DNA from: Takakia lepidozioides
Taxonomy: Eukaryota; Plantae; Bryophyta
Assembly: GCA_030704615.1 (NCBI GenBank)
Contig: CM060731.1
Location: 95,418,001 to 95,482,000 of the forward strand
Length of the DNA stretch: 64,000 bases
Reading direction: 5' to 3'
The notes beneath the pieces were generated by a model. The model was not told where the DNA came from. It was given only the letters and a program-made list of their open reading frames with translations, and did no database searches. A program made the translations under genes and the position numbers. Shown one piece after another: positions 1-10,648 of this stretch (position 1 is its first letter; each line of letters begins with the position of its first letter).

Positions 1-3000
1 AGGTCAAAACATTGCAGTCATTGACTGAGCACTTAAAGGAAGCCGGGGTCAAGTCCAGAACGAAATACAAGTCAAAGCTTGTGAAGCTGGTGGCCATTGC
101 AGATCCGGCACTTGGAAAGGACTTCATCCCCGAGATTGCAAAACACTATTCTCGGGCCATGCAGCCGACCATGCAGTTGGAGAAATTGCGTCACCTCTCA
201 ACGGCATGTGTTGAAGCGAAAGAGAAGGTGATGTTTCAATGCACTGAAGTTCCTTCCTAGCAATAGCCACTCTTCTTCCTGCTCCTGACATTGGATCGGA
301 AATGGCAGACACGGTGGCTGTCGATCTGGAATGCATCGGAGAGTATAAGGACAATGTGGTCTTTTCCACTCGAAGTTTCCGACCCTGCAGTGGATGTGTG
401 GCTCAACCGCGTGACTTGGTGGTTCCAGATAATTCAAGGTACTTCCCCAGATTTGCTTTTCTGAAATGAATTCCCTGAACTGCTACGTGACAATGCATGT
501 GGGAATCGCAGGTAATGACGAATGCGAATGAACAAGTCGTAATGCATACAAATTCGTTCGGCTTGTACGTCAAATGGGATGGAACACAGACATTGGAAGA
601 CTACGTGACACGTTTCAGATGTGCGTACAAGGACAACCTCTTCGCCAGGGAGCTGCAGACAGCAAGAAGGAGCGTGGAGTTTACACATCAGGAGGGAGCG
701 GGAAAAGCTGCAATGCGAATTGTTTACAGGTGAAGCCTAGCTGTCCTTGTATGCAAAGCCTGGTTATGAGGTTTGTCTGGGAAATGCGGCACCGCATTCG
801 CATTTTAAGTTTTCGGTTGCACTCTGCCAGTACGTTGGTCTCAACTTTTGCTCACGCATGCTGACTGCCCTGCAGGTATATGAAATACGTGCTTCTTCAA
901 ACAGGGGCCCTGGCTCAAGAGCCCCCGCTCTTCATGGCTTGGACCGTGGCGGGCCCAAGCAGTGTCTACACACCCGAGATGCAGAAACAATGGCATGCCG
1001 CGCATCTGGTTGGATGCCCGTGGTACCTGGACATGTCTGGCGGAATTGTTGACGAGTCTGAGAAAGATCTGCACGCGAAAGCAGAAGAGAAGAGAAAGGA
1101 AAGACGTGTCCCTGCTCGGCCAGAGTCGGCAAAGGAAGCTGCTGCTCTGGAACAATCCAGAAAGGCAGCTGAGATGGCACAGAAGACGGTGGATGCAGCT
1201 GTGCAGGCTCAAGAGAAGGGGTCGAAGAAGCGGACTCGCCAGCAAGGAGCAGCAGTTGTGACACCCAAGAAAACGAAGAAGCAGAAACAGATAGTGTAGG
1301 TAGAGGGTGAGGAAGAGGACTCCGATGGAGACTTTGCAACCAGCCCACCCCCCGAGACGCAGCCGAAATCCCCTGTGCCCACCGTTGTCACGAGAGGGAC
1401 GAGAACTGGCTCGGCAAAGAAGGCACTCTTCAACCCCCCGGGGGGCACCCTTTCGAGCCGGTGGAAATGAAGAGGCCGAAAGTGGATCCCGATACAGTAG
1501 TCCAGTGTGTGAATGAGAGTTTCTTGGCGGCTTTGGATGGACGGGCAGCCAAGTTGGCATACATGAAGACCATGGAGGGTCTGAAGGGCAGAGCACTGAA
1601 GAAGGCGGCTGCCGAAGAGCCTTCTGACACCCCTGGGTTTCTGAAGATGGTCTCGTTCTTTGAGAGGGTGTGTGCAGACAATGATTGCAGGAGGGGCGGA
1701 AATGCCACCAAGTGGTCTTGCGATATGATCATCTTGGATATTCCGGACGGAGAGCCTGTGGAAGGACTGCAAGCTTTGCCATCTTGGAACAGGTACTCCG
1801 AGGACTTTTGGAAGAAAGGATTCGGGCTCGCCCGCATGGTGTTGGACGACAGAGGCTATGTGGTTGTCTTGGCGAGCAGAGGCAAAAACACGCACACAGG
1901 AATTGCGAAGTGGACCCGCAAGAGCGCCGTCCCAATTCTGAAGAAGAAGTGGACGTGCATCAACACATTGGGCCTTCGGTCGGAAGGGAAGAAGGTAATT
2001 ACGACCTTGGCACTCGTCCTTTCATTTTCTTAGGAGTTTTGAAATGCGGTGCCGCATTCGATTTCTAATCGTTCCCCACTATGTATGCAGACGAAGCAGT
2101 TCGATGCATACTGCTTTGTGAATGAGAACTCCTCCTTTGCTTTCCAAAAGGATGGATTGTTGGTTGACCCGAACTGCAACCCCATCGATTACGACGTCCT
2201 GTTCAACAACGTTCCCACGGAACTTCTCCCTCATAGCCTCACTTCAACTGAACCCCTGCGGTATTCACGCACTCGGAGCCCTGCCGTCATTCAGACAATT
2301 ATGGAGACATGCACTGACGTGGAGGGCACAGTGCTCGACCTCATCTGTGGGACAGGTATGCAAAATCTCTATTCTATGCTGTTCTGCAAATTCTTGTTAT
2401 GCTTTAATTCGCAACATCTGAAGGGCCATGTCATAATGTGTGGATGGCATTGTAACAGGTGCCTCAATGTGGGCTGGGCGGTTTTCCGACCGGCACCTCT
2501 TTGCCTACGAGGAGGACACATCCGTCTGGGGATCCCATCTGGAAGGGCTGCAACGGAATGTGCAGGCTCCCATCGAAGCCAAAGACTCCTTGGATTCGTC
2601 GGAGTCGGAGGAAGAGACAGTGGACATTGATGCCGAGGAGAACCCAAAATACAAGTGAGTGCAAACATTGTAAGTTTGCAAAGCCTTCTGGGTGATTTTT
2701 TGTCAAACGCATTTCCAGACTGTGGTTCTCATTGGTCTCGTTGGTGATTGTTATGTGTAGGATTCTAGGATCCGGGTCGAAACATGTAGGGCCTACACTT
2801 CCTGCCAGGAAGAATGTCCCGTTCTTTGCGAGGGGCGACTTCATGACGAGCCCGGTGAAGGACTACTCCCTTCCTAGTTATGCAGCTAGACTTGCAAATA
2901 CAGCGATTAGACGATGTGAGAATCCCAGTAAAGTAGAGCAGATTTTGGAGAGGGCTAGGGAGGACAGAAGGATAAGGAAAGAGTTGGCAACAGCTGAGAC

Positions 3001-3229
3001 AGGTAGACGGGTGCGAAAGTTCATATGTGATTCAGCGGATGAGAGCGATGCAGACAGGGAGGACGACGAGCCAACGGAGGTGAGATGGTCGGTTCCGCAA
3101 GGTGAAGATGGGATTTTCAAAAGCTTGGCCAACGAGCAGTCCGCTGGAGATGAGAAAGGCAATGACGGGGTGGAGGCGGAGCAGGACAGTCAAGGACAGG
3201 ACGACGATAGTGATGATTTTCAAGATTAA
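1..3229 (+). pseudogene. Spliced ParB/Srx-like + beta-class N4C/N6A DNA methyltransferase-like gene, 3' exons (copy A1)
   Basis: Exons approx <1-227, 309-428, 512-729, 876-1995, 2091-2356, 2459-2654, 2761-3229 with GT-AG introns, homologous to exons at 58025-58815 and 60252-62716. Motifs CDMIILDIPDG ... RSPAVIQTIMETCTDVEGTVLDLICGTG-ASMWAGRFSDRHLFAYE. Stop at 1297, frameshift near 1445, donor at 429 mutated GT>AT. Confidence 0.75.
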
Positions 3230-3365
3230 TAGAATTTTAATGAACTCTTTGTACATTTAAATTATATTCCACAGTATATAAAGGAAATTCTCCCCGTCCT
3301 TCATGTCCCCTCTCCCATGTGCTTCTCAACGACAACATCGTCCAAACCTGGTCCCTCCCAAAATC

Positions 3366-4262
3366 GGAAATGCGGCACCGCATTTCAATGTCGGAACGGA
3401 AATGTGGCAACTGCAAAAACCTCCTTTGAAAATGTGGCACCGCATTTCCAAAACCGGGGCAAGAACAATTTTCCGTTTCATGGTTTGGACATCAGAAACT
3501 GTTCTGCCGAACGGAAATGCGGTGCCGCATTTCCGTTTCCGATACGGCAGTTTTGCCGATTGTCAGCTCCTTCCATGGAGGTAAATGGAAATGCGGAGGT
3601 CGAACATGGAAATGCGGTGCCGCATTTACATTTTGGAGATGGACATTTTTCCAACTGCAGACCCATCGACGGAAATGCAGCTCCCCATTCCATGATGCTA
3701 CACGGGAATGCGGCACCGCATTCCATTGTCCAATAAGAAATTTCGATGACGTACATGGAAATGCGGCGCCGCATTTCCAAAACGGACATCGTTGTTTGTC
3801 CAATTCCAGACCCTTTGACGGAAATGCAGCACCGCATTCCATAGTCATATAAAAACTTTCGATTGCCCAACATGGAAATGCGGCGCCGCATTTCCAAAAC
3901 AGACATCGTTGTTTGTCCAATTCCAGACCCGTGTGGGCATTCCGTCTTGTTGGACGGAAATGCGGCACCCCATTCCATTGTCCAATACGAAATTTTGATG
4001 ACGGACATGGAAATGCGGTGCCGCATTTCCAGAACGGACATCGTTGTTTGTCCAATTCCAGACCCTTCGACGGAAATGCGGCACCACATTCCATTGTGCT
4101 CTCCGGAAATGCGGTGCCGCATTTCATTGTCCGGTACGAAATTTCGGTGACGGACATGGAAATGCGGTGCCGCATTTCAAGTATGGACATGGACAAGCAT
4201 TAGCGACTGGACATGCTCGGACAATTCAAGGTCCAATATGGAAATGCGGCGCCGCATTTCCA
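3366..4262. repeat. Array of ~17 copies of palindrome GGAAATGCGGCGCCGCATTTCC (higher-order unit ~116 bp)
   Basis: Copies read directly at ~3366, 3428, 3513, 3608, 3704, 3757, 3820, 3874, 3956, 4009, 4072, 4104, 4158, 4239 plus degenerate ones; the spacers are themselves repeated. Confidence 0.95.
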
Positions 4263-4667
4263 ATTCGAAGTATGGTAATGCCATGTCAGGAAATGAAATG
4301 TTGTACAACATTCCGTTACGACAACAACGGAGGAAAGGGAGCTGCCAGAAATCGATGCATGGAGAAAAATGAAATACGGTGCCGAATTTCCGAGCTTCGG
4401 CGTGTACATGTTTCCTTTTACTCATACATGGATTTTCTTCACCTCAGGACTCTGATATCGCTGACTCTGGTATATTCATATGGACAGACACATTGTAGAA
4501 ATGAGACCTCAAATTGTAAACAGTGGGCCAATTACGGCAGTTCTTGAACACGATGAAACACAAGCACACAGAAGTGAGGTACGATGGGTTGTTTTATTGA
4601 TCGAACACGGTGTCTCACATTTAGCAACTCTTGACAAATCTAAGCCCTTCCTCTTTCTACATGGGCG

Positions 4668-5324
4668 TCACCAAGTCGACGGAACTTCGATAGCCCTCAA
4701 AACAAGCTCATTACTGATGCGGCACCTCGAGGTAAACTGCAATGCGGTCGATCTGGTGCCCTTGGTGGAGCTGACGACAATGTCATGCCCATCAATCATA
4801 CCACCATCATACATTGACAAGGTCACTGTGGGCCTCATGTGCCCGTGCGATTCGTCTTCGCAACTCAGCCGAATGTCTCCATACACTGGAAGAGCGGAGT
4901 GAACTCCACGAATATAGTTTTCCCCGGTGCCATCCTCCCTGGTCCACTGGCAGCAGTTCCAGCGCCAAAGTGAGGCCGTGCGTGATCTGTCCGGCATCCC
5001 ATTCCACCTTGGTATATCGAGGTCAACAATTTTCAGGACCCACGGACCGCATTGACCCTCGCCCTCACCTCGCTCAAAGCGGTAATAGCCCTCCAAATAC
5101 TCCATTGCGCGCAAAGACTCCCGCTTGATCCCAGAAGCGTCTGTGAAAATAGAGAGCCAGACAATGATGTCTCCTGATTCTGGTTTGAACATAGCATAAT
5201 CGTGGCCATGATAAGGGCAGTCAGCAGGATTTCGACGGCACGACATCCTTGAAAAAGAGCAGCGCGGTGGCTGGAAGAAGTTCAAGCAAACGCTGCAATT
5301 CCTCAGAAACACTCCAGGGCACAT
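4668..5324 (-). CDS. Unknown transposon cargo protein, paralog a (5' end probably degraded; likely original ATG at 5468)
   Basis: Aligns along its length with ORF 5608-6321 (RMSC.RN..DCPY.G.DYAM, RWNCCQW, YGDIR, DGGMI.GHDIVV, ELVLRA.EVP). Confidence 0.7.
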   Translation of the reverse strand: MCPGVFLRNCSVCLNFFQPPRCSFSRMSCRRNPADCPYHGHDYAMFKPESGDIIVWLSIFTDASGIKRESLRAMEYLEGYYRFERGEGEGQCGPWVLKIVDLDIPRWNGMPDRSRTASLWRWNCCQWTREDGTGENYIRGVHSALPVYGDIRLSCEDESHGHMRPTVTLSMYDGGMIDGHDIVVSSTKGTRSTALQFTSRCRISNELVLRAIEVPSTW

Positions 5325-5607
5325 TTAAATTTCCCCCCTACAGGAACTTGCACGGATGAAGATTGACTACTCCATGAATGTAGCCGTTTCAGTTTCCTTC
5401 CCTGCCATGCAAACTATGGGCAGTAAGTGCCAGGTGGGCCTATAGCCACTCGAGACAACGAAGTCCATCCCCCCCTTCGATGTAAATGCGGCGCCGAATT
5501 TCCATCCGGGGGATGGACTTCGGTGGCAGATTTCAAACTATACCCCGTGGATGAGAAAGAGGTATCGGTTCATCCACCGTTGGCGTGATGAACACGTTAC
5601 ACGATGA

Positions 5608-6321
5608 TTGGTGGGTACGTGTGACCTAGATGCTCCATTATTGGAGCCCGCACTGATCTTCCGCTTCTCATCATTTCGAAAATCTAAGGGCTTCGTTGTT
5701 GTCCGCAAGGTCATGGTCATCGGCATCAAAGACGTCCTCAAGTCCTCCTTTGCAAGGATGTCGTGCTTCCGGAACCGGGACGACTGCCCTTATGGAGGCT
5801 TCGATTATGCAATGTATTCAGCCACATCGGGAGACATGGTTATCTGGTACACAGATTACACAGAAGATACTGGTTCGAATGTGGAGACATTGTCCACTTT
5901 TGAGTACATCCCAGGCCACTACGCCTTCGAGCGGGGTGACGATCTTGGTCTGAGGAGTCCGTGGCTCCTGCGCATCCTTGATTCCGATTTTCCCAGCTAC
6001 GACGGGCGTCCATGCAGAAGAATGCGCACTGCTATGCTGTTGCGGTGGAACTGTTGCCAGTGGATGTGGGTGGACTCCATCGGAGAGACTTATACTCCTG
6101 AAGGAGTGCGCTCCTCTTCTCCATTGTATGGGGACATTCGCATTGGTGTGGACGATGAAAACGTGAAGCTTTCCATATTCGATGGTGGTATGATTGAAGG
6201 GCACGACATTGTGGTGAACATCAACAGGGGCGGTACAACGGCTGCAATCCAGTTTACCTGGAGGAGCCCGATGACTCATGAGCTAGTTCTCAGAGCAGTC
6301 GAAGTCCCATTGACAACGTGA
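5608..6321 (+). CDS. Unknown transposon cargo protein, paralog b (possible original ATG at 5513)
   Basis: Open 237-codon frame; clear paralog of 4668-5324 on the opposite strand. Confidence 0.7.
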   Translation: MVGTCDLDAPLLEPALIFRFSSFRKSKGFVVVRKVMVIGIKDVLKSSFARMSCFRNRDDCPYGGFDYAMYSATSGDMVIWYTDYTEDTGSNVETLSTFEYIPGHYAFERGDDLGLRSPWLLRILDSDFPSYDGRPCRRMRTAMLLRWNCCQWMWVDSIGETYTPEGVRSSSPLYGDIRIGVDDENVKLSIFDGGMIEGHDIVVNINRGGTTAAIQFTWRSPMTHELVLRAVEVPLTT

Positions 6322-6699
6322 CTTGTATTCAGAAGGCACAGGGCTAAAGATTTGTTTGCACAATCAGCACAGTAGACGTGCTTCAAATGCAATTCATGTG
6401 GATCAATAAAAACCCCATTGTGCCCTCTTTTTGTTCTATTCTGTATCCATCGTTCCCAGAATGCATCATTCCTCATTTCGTTTGGGATTGAGAGTGTGGG
6501 TGGATTTTGCAAGTGGCTGGTAGGCTGAAATGGGCCCCCATTGTACAGAGCAGTACCACCCTACTATTCGCGAAACATTGCCTTTCAATATGTAATTCTA
6601 AAAAACATTGCCGAACCTCCTTCATCGGGAGGTCCTTCTCCCCCTATGACCGTGACACCCTAAACCCTATTCCCGCGGACACTTATTTCCGGAAAATAG

Positions 6700-6768
6700 T
6701 CCTGCTCATGTTTTTTTCGACACTTACAACTCTGATCATGGCTCATGGCTCATGAAATAGCAGCCCCC
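6700..6768 (-). repeat. Terminal inverted repeat-like end of subfamily A
   Basis: rc GGGGGCTGCTATTTCATGAGCCATGAGCCATGATCAGAGTTGTAAG...CATGAGCAG matches 42030-42100 GAGGTTAGCTATTTCATGAGCATGAGCGGCATGAGCGGAGTAGTAAG...CATGAGCAG. Confidence 0.75.
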
Positions 6769-7049
6769 TACCTCAGATCTCTCCCCTCGTGGTTGATCTT
6801 CTTCCTGTACCAAATCCCTTAATCTTTCTTGTAAAGAATAAGAAGGTGTGGCATCCAACTTTGGTTCTTCAGGTATGGGTGATTTACTCTCTGATCTTAA
6901 TGGTGTGAGAGGTCCAGATGATTCCCCTATGTCTTTTCCTCTCTCCGAAAGATATAGATAATTAGCTTTCAAATAACTTTCCCTTTTTGCTGAATATCTG
7001 TGAAGTCTAGCTTCTCTTTCATCACTCATGTCCCATGTCTTTCATATTT

Positions 7050-7745
7050 TCAATGAGGCAATAACCAAAACTCTCTCCTGTAGTATCTCTCGTATATGCC
7101 TGGATTTCTTTCAAGCTTCAATGCACCCTTGGCTATACTAGAAGTCTCCGTTACCATATAATCATATGGCAAGCACGTTTGGAAAGCTGTTCTTGGTGTA
7201 AGTTTGATCCACACGATATCCTTAGGAATCCAATTCTTTACCAGTACCAATTCTTCATGCATATGAGTGTAAACATTCACCTTCCGTTCCTCCCAGCCTT
7301 CAAACTCCACTCGTTTAATGGATAGCAACGCTATTACATAAACCAGTGTTGGTAACCAACTTGCTCTCCCTCTATAGGCCACTTGATAAATCTTTATCAC
7401 TCCTTTCTCCAGACCCCACTCTGGATCAGCATCATGCACTCTCTTAAGAATATTTTCCTTGCAACCGTCTGGCAATTCCAAGAACCTCTGAAAGAATTGT
7501 TTGGACAATCTTTCTTTCTCAGTTCCACAGGGAATTTGATTCACATCAAATTCTTTGATTCTCCAACCACCATGATCCCACCAGATGCCTGTCACATCTG
7601 GTTGTTCTTGACTCAGTTCCCCAGTATGGTCGCCAAATGTCGAGCGGCTTTTACTCACCCATCCCTTCGCTATCCGAGGTGGGAACTCCAAGATAGAAGA
7701 GTTGGATATCTCTAAGCACTCAGCACGCTCAAAACAATCAGTCAT
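7050..7745 (-). CDS. G1 additional 5' ORF (ORF1), 231 aa, unknown function
   Basis: Intact ATG-to-stop frame, nearly identical to 15234-15932; lies immediately upstream of the gag start (MSDERE..., 7029). Confidence 0.75.
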   Translation of the reverse strand: MTDCFERAECLEISNSSILEFPPRIAKGWVSKSRSTFGDHTGELSQEQPDVTGIWWDHGGWRIKEFDVNQIPCGTEKERLSKQFFQRFLELPDGCKENILKRVHDADPEWGLEKGVIKIYQVAYRGRASWLPTLVYVIALLSIKRVEFEGWEERKVNVYTHMHEELVLVKNWIPKDIVWIKLTPRTAFQTCLPYDYMVTETSSIAKGALKLERNPGIYERYYRREFWLLPH

Positions 7746-8269
7746 GACCTACAACTAGTGTATCATGGAAGTGCTTCCTGTTTGTATACCTTCTTGCCTT
7801 CATGTCAACAAGTTACCTTACTATTTGGATTTAAGTATCAGATTGCTTCAGCAATCCACCAGGTTCCAATCACTCTTCATTCATTCCACAGCTTCCCTCA
7901 GGTCTCTCTACACAGCGTGAGTATGGAATATGTATCAGATTAAGTTATATCAAGTAACAGGCCGAAGCCATGGTGTCTCTAATCTGCTCTACAGTATAAC
8001 TCTACAGCATGCATAAATCAAGCATCAACAGTTTGTGACTCCTCCTTCACTCCGCTCTCCATTCCTCAGCTCCAGATCGTCCTCCCCTTCCCGATGGCCA
8101 AGTCGTGATCCAAGAAGTGCCGTCTCCCCATTGCTACTATGCATTTTCTACCTGCAAGCTGTTCTAACTGCCTAACTATCTAACTGTCATCCAGCCGGTA
8201 TACATGTTCCCTCTGCCGATGTCGTTCCCACACAGTCGTTCCCTGCCATGGTAACCGTTCCCTGCGAAT

Positions 8270-8430
8270 GTTGTGATTGGCTGTGCCAAACTGTGTCGAC
8301 TGTGTTGGGCTGTGTCGAGTTGTGTTGGGCTGTGATTGACTGTGTCGGGCTGTATTAGGCTGTGATAGGTTGTGATAGGCTGTGTAAGGCTGTGTTAGAC
8401 TTTGACAAGTTGTGTCAAGTTGTGTCTACC
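8270..8430. repeat. Degenerate (GGCTGTGT)n-like low-complexity tract in the G1 5' region
   Basis: Directly visible; counterparts at 14428-14725 and 26775-27025. Confidence 0.8.
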
Positions 8431-8539
8431 ACCCCTAAGGCCTGTGTTGGTCTAAGTCTACCATCGTAAGTCTGTGCAAAAATTAAGGGTACCCCACAAA
8501 CCCCGTAAAAATGTCTAAGTCCCAGACAGCCCTCTGACA

Positions 8540-9791
8540 ACCTCTACACAGCCAACAAAGACGACATGACAAGGGCTATTTTGCAATCATCGGCCTTCCA
8601 TAATTATCTAAACGGTGGTGCAAAGGGTTCTGGTCCCGACCGCCAACAATTATTACATCGGGCGGCAGCGCGGTCTTCTGATCCTCTGAAGATGGCAGAG
8701 GCAGTAAGAAGTTTTGTGGAGGGAACTCCTCTCCATGGTAGAAATCCTGGGCTCGAGGGCGACCTTCTCACTTGGACAACGAAGCGGAAGATTGTTTTGG
8801 GCAACTTAGAAGACGAGGAACACCTTCATTCATGGAGGCCTGACATGAACCTCCGCACCACACCCAGGCAACGTGAAGGTGCTGGAGGATTAAGAGTGCC
8901 CACAACTACTATTCAGATGTCTATAGAGACGTTGGAGGATGACCTTCCACTACAGAATAGAAAGTTGGTTTTAGAGACCGCCGTGTCCACAGCATGTTGG
9001 CACATCGCCCGGACGTCCGACACTTCAAGAGTAAAGTGTTGGGCAGTACTGTCTGACAGTGCACAGGCATGCAAAGAAGAAATCCGGCCACTCCACAGTT
9101 TGGGTGTTCCTGCTCCAAGATATGTGGGTCACCACCATCCTCCGGCTTTGGTAAAACCAAAGATGATGGAAATGTGGCACTGCCCAACTGATATCGTGTA
9201 CTATGTCGGTGGTGAAGCGGGGCGATGTGTGCTCGATAGACCAGATGTTCCCGACGTTTGGCCTGTGATGGTTGGGACAAATTTAAATCAGGAGGAGGTT
9301 GACGCCTTAACCGTGGCTAGATTTCGACTTGTTCCTATAGATGACAAGAGCGCTGCCAAGGGAGAGGACACTGTTGCGGATGATAGCAATCACCTGGATC
9401 CGGACACATATGCCATATATCGACGAAAGCCATTGAGTGCACAAGCCCGTAAAAAGATGGAGCTCGGACAATCTTTGAAGGCAATTGTACAATTGTTCAA
9501 AGATGTTTCCCGCCTGGAATTGGTCGTGTGTACACACCCTGCACACCGGGATTGGCCAAAGCAGGGGAGGTCTACAATGTGTGCATCTCTAGAAGTCCGG
9601 AGTGCACCTGCCCTGACTTTGGAAAAATTAAGAGGGCTAAATCCGCATACACCCATTGCAAGCACATATACTATATTTTGTTGCGCCGATTGAAAGTGCG
9701 GGAAGACTCGGAGGACATCAATCACCCTAATCTCTCCATAAATGAGGTGAAGACAATGTTAATTCGCGACCCTTGTCCTTGGTTACCATAG
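8540..9791 (+). pseudogene. MULE transposase C-terminal half with SWIM zinc finger (subfamily D)
   Basis: DDMTRAILQ...YLNGG.KGSGPD aligns with EDIVRSIMQ...FLKGKQWGLGPD (43927-44283); SWIM YNVCI...CTCPDF...HCKHIYYIL at 9528-9791; frameshift near 9500. Confidence 0.85.
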
Positions 9792-10648
9792 TGACGACTG
9801 TCTATCGTGGCCGACCATGGTGTCATCACATCTACTACTTAACGAGGCCCCAATTATCACTGAGTAGACACTAGGCTTTTCTATGCCACCTTGAACTGTT
9901 TGGTATCATCCAATGATGTGCCCGGATTTCAATATTGCAGATTACAATTTCTCTTCTACGATGCTTCAACAACTTCCATGATCTTGACATGATGGTGCAA
10001 TGGCCAAGGAAACCCAAACTCGTTCTTTGAGTGCTTTCTGATCTCCTCAAAAACCAAGAGCCATGGGTAGGCAATGCGTTGTATGGACTTTTAAACAGAG
10101 ACTCCACTCAGTTGCCTCATTTAACTTAAGTGCATGAAGTCGGCACCGACTATACTTTGAGCCTGCAACGCAGTACCTTCGCTCATCTATGTTCCTCATA
10201 TGCTTCTTCAATTCGTTCACCCAACACGTGTCACCTACTCGGTGTCGTCTACAACAGTAACCAAGTTTTATTTGCCACATTGTATTTGAATTAATTCGAC
10301 GACGATTACCCTCCTAATTTCGTATGCTTTCTGTAGTCGTTGGCGACTACAACACCCGCAAGCTTCACACGGGGTGTTTTACCCCACATTGGCCTGTTGT
10401 GTTGTAGTCGGTGCCGACTATAACGGCAAAACTTGGGGCACGGCTATAGGCGTTGAAGCCCCAATTTCCGTGCGCTTTTACAAAATCCCAAATTGTCCCT
10501 GTTATGTATGGGGAAGTCGGTGTGCGGGGATGTCGGGACCTGCGTTTTTGGTTCTTTAATTCTGGTTTGGTGTAGGTTCGGGCAAGGTTCGGAATACTCC
10601 GCTCATGCTCACCGCTCACCGCTCGCCGCTCATGCATTTTCAATCCCC
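8540..10648 (+). mobile_element. MULE-type transposon, subfamily D (transposase 3' half, subterminal palindromes, terminus)
   Basis: SWIM-bearing transposase tail, TAGTCGG(T/C)(G/A)CCGACTA palindromes at 10138 and 10401, and a terminus rc GGGGATTGAAAATGCATGAGCGG ending at 10648, with ATGAGC 15 nt from the end as in the other termini. Confidence 0.65.

Larger units (their letters stand above)
1..6768 (+). mobile_element. MULE-type DNA transposon, subfamily A, copy A1 (right part; left part outside the window)
   Basis: Contains the 3' part of the ParB-MTase-like gene, the palindrome array and two cargo ORFs. Ends at 6768 in a terminus (rc GGGGGCTGCTATTTCATGAGCCATGAGCC) homologous to those at 42030 and 59561; gypsy sequence resumes exactly at 6769. 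Confidence 0.75.
6769..8539 (-). mobile_element. 5' fragment of non-chromovirus Ty3/gypsy family G1 (copy L1): terminus, CACAGC-rich tract, ORF1, start of gag
   Basis: Reverse complement is colinear with 14307-16212; starts TGTCAGAGG at 8539; truncated at 6769 by the subfamily A terminus. Confidence 0.85.

Noticed and set aside
841-1895. Long antisense ORFs over the second gene (also 39504-40598 and 56482-57198)
   Set aside because: Shadow frames of the sense coding sequence; not conserved between subfamilies.
3366-4262. Palindromic repeats with spacers suggesting a CRISPR array (also 52920-55330 and 58923-59560)
   Set aside because: Spacers are themselves repeated and irregular in length, there are no cas genes, and the context is eukaryotic with introns.
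3303-4547. Many overlapping ORFs with MRRRIS / GNAAPH / KCGAAF repeats
   Set aside because: Translation artefacts of the palindrome array; the same applies to ORFs in 52896-55175 and 42238-42816.
9871-10280. Short minus-strand ORFs in the subfamily D subterminal region
   Set aside because: No recognisable motif and no second copy to test conservation.
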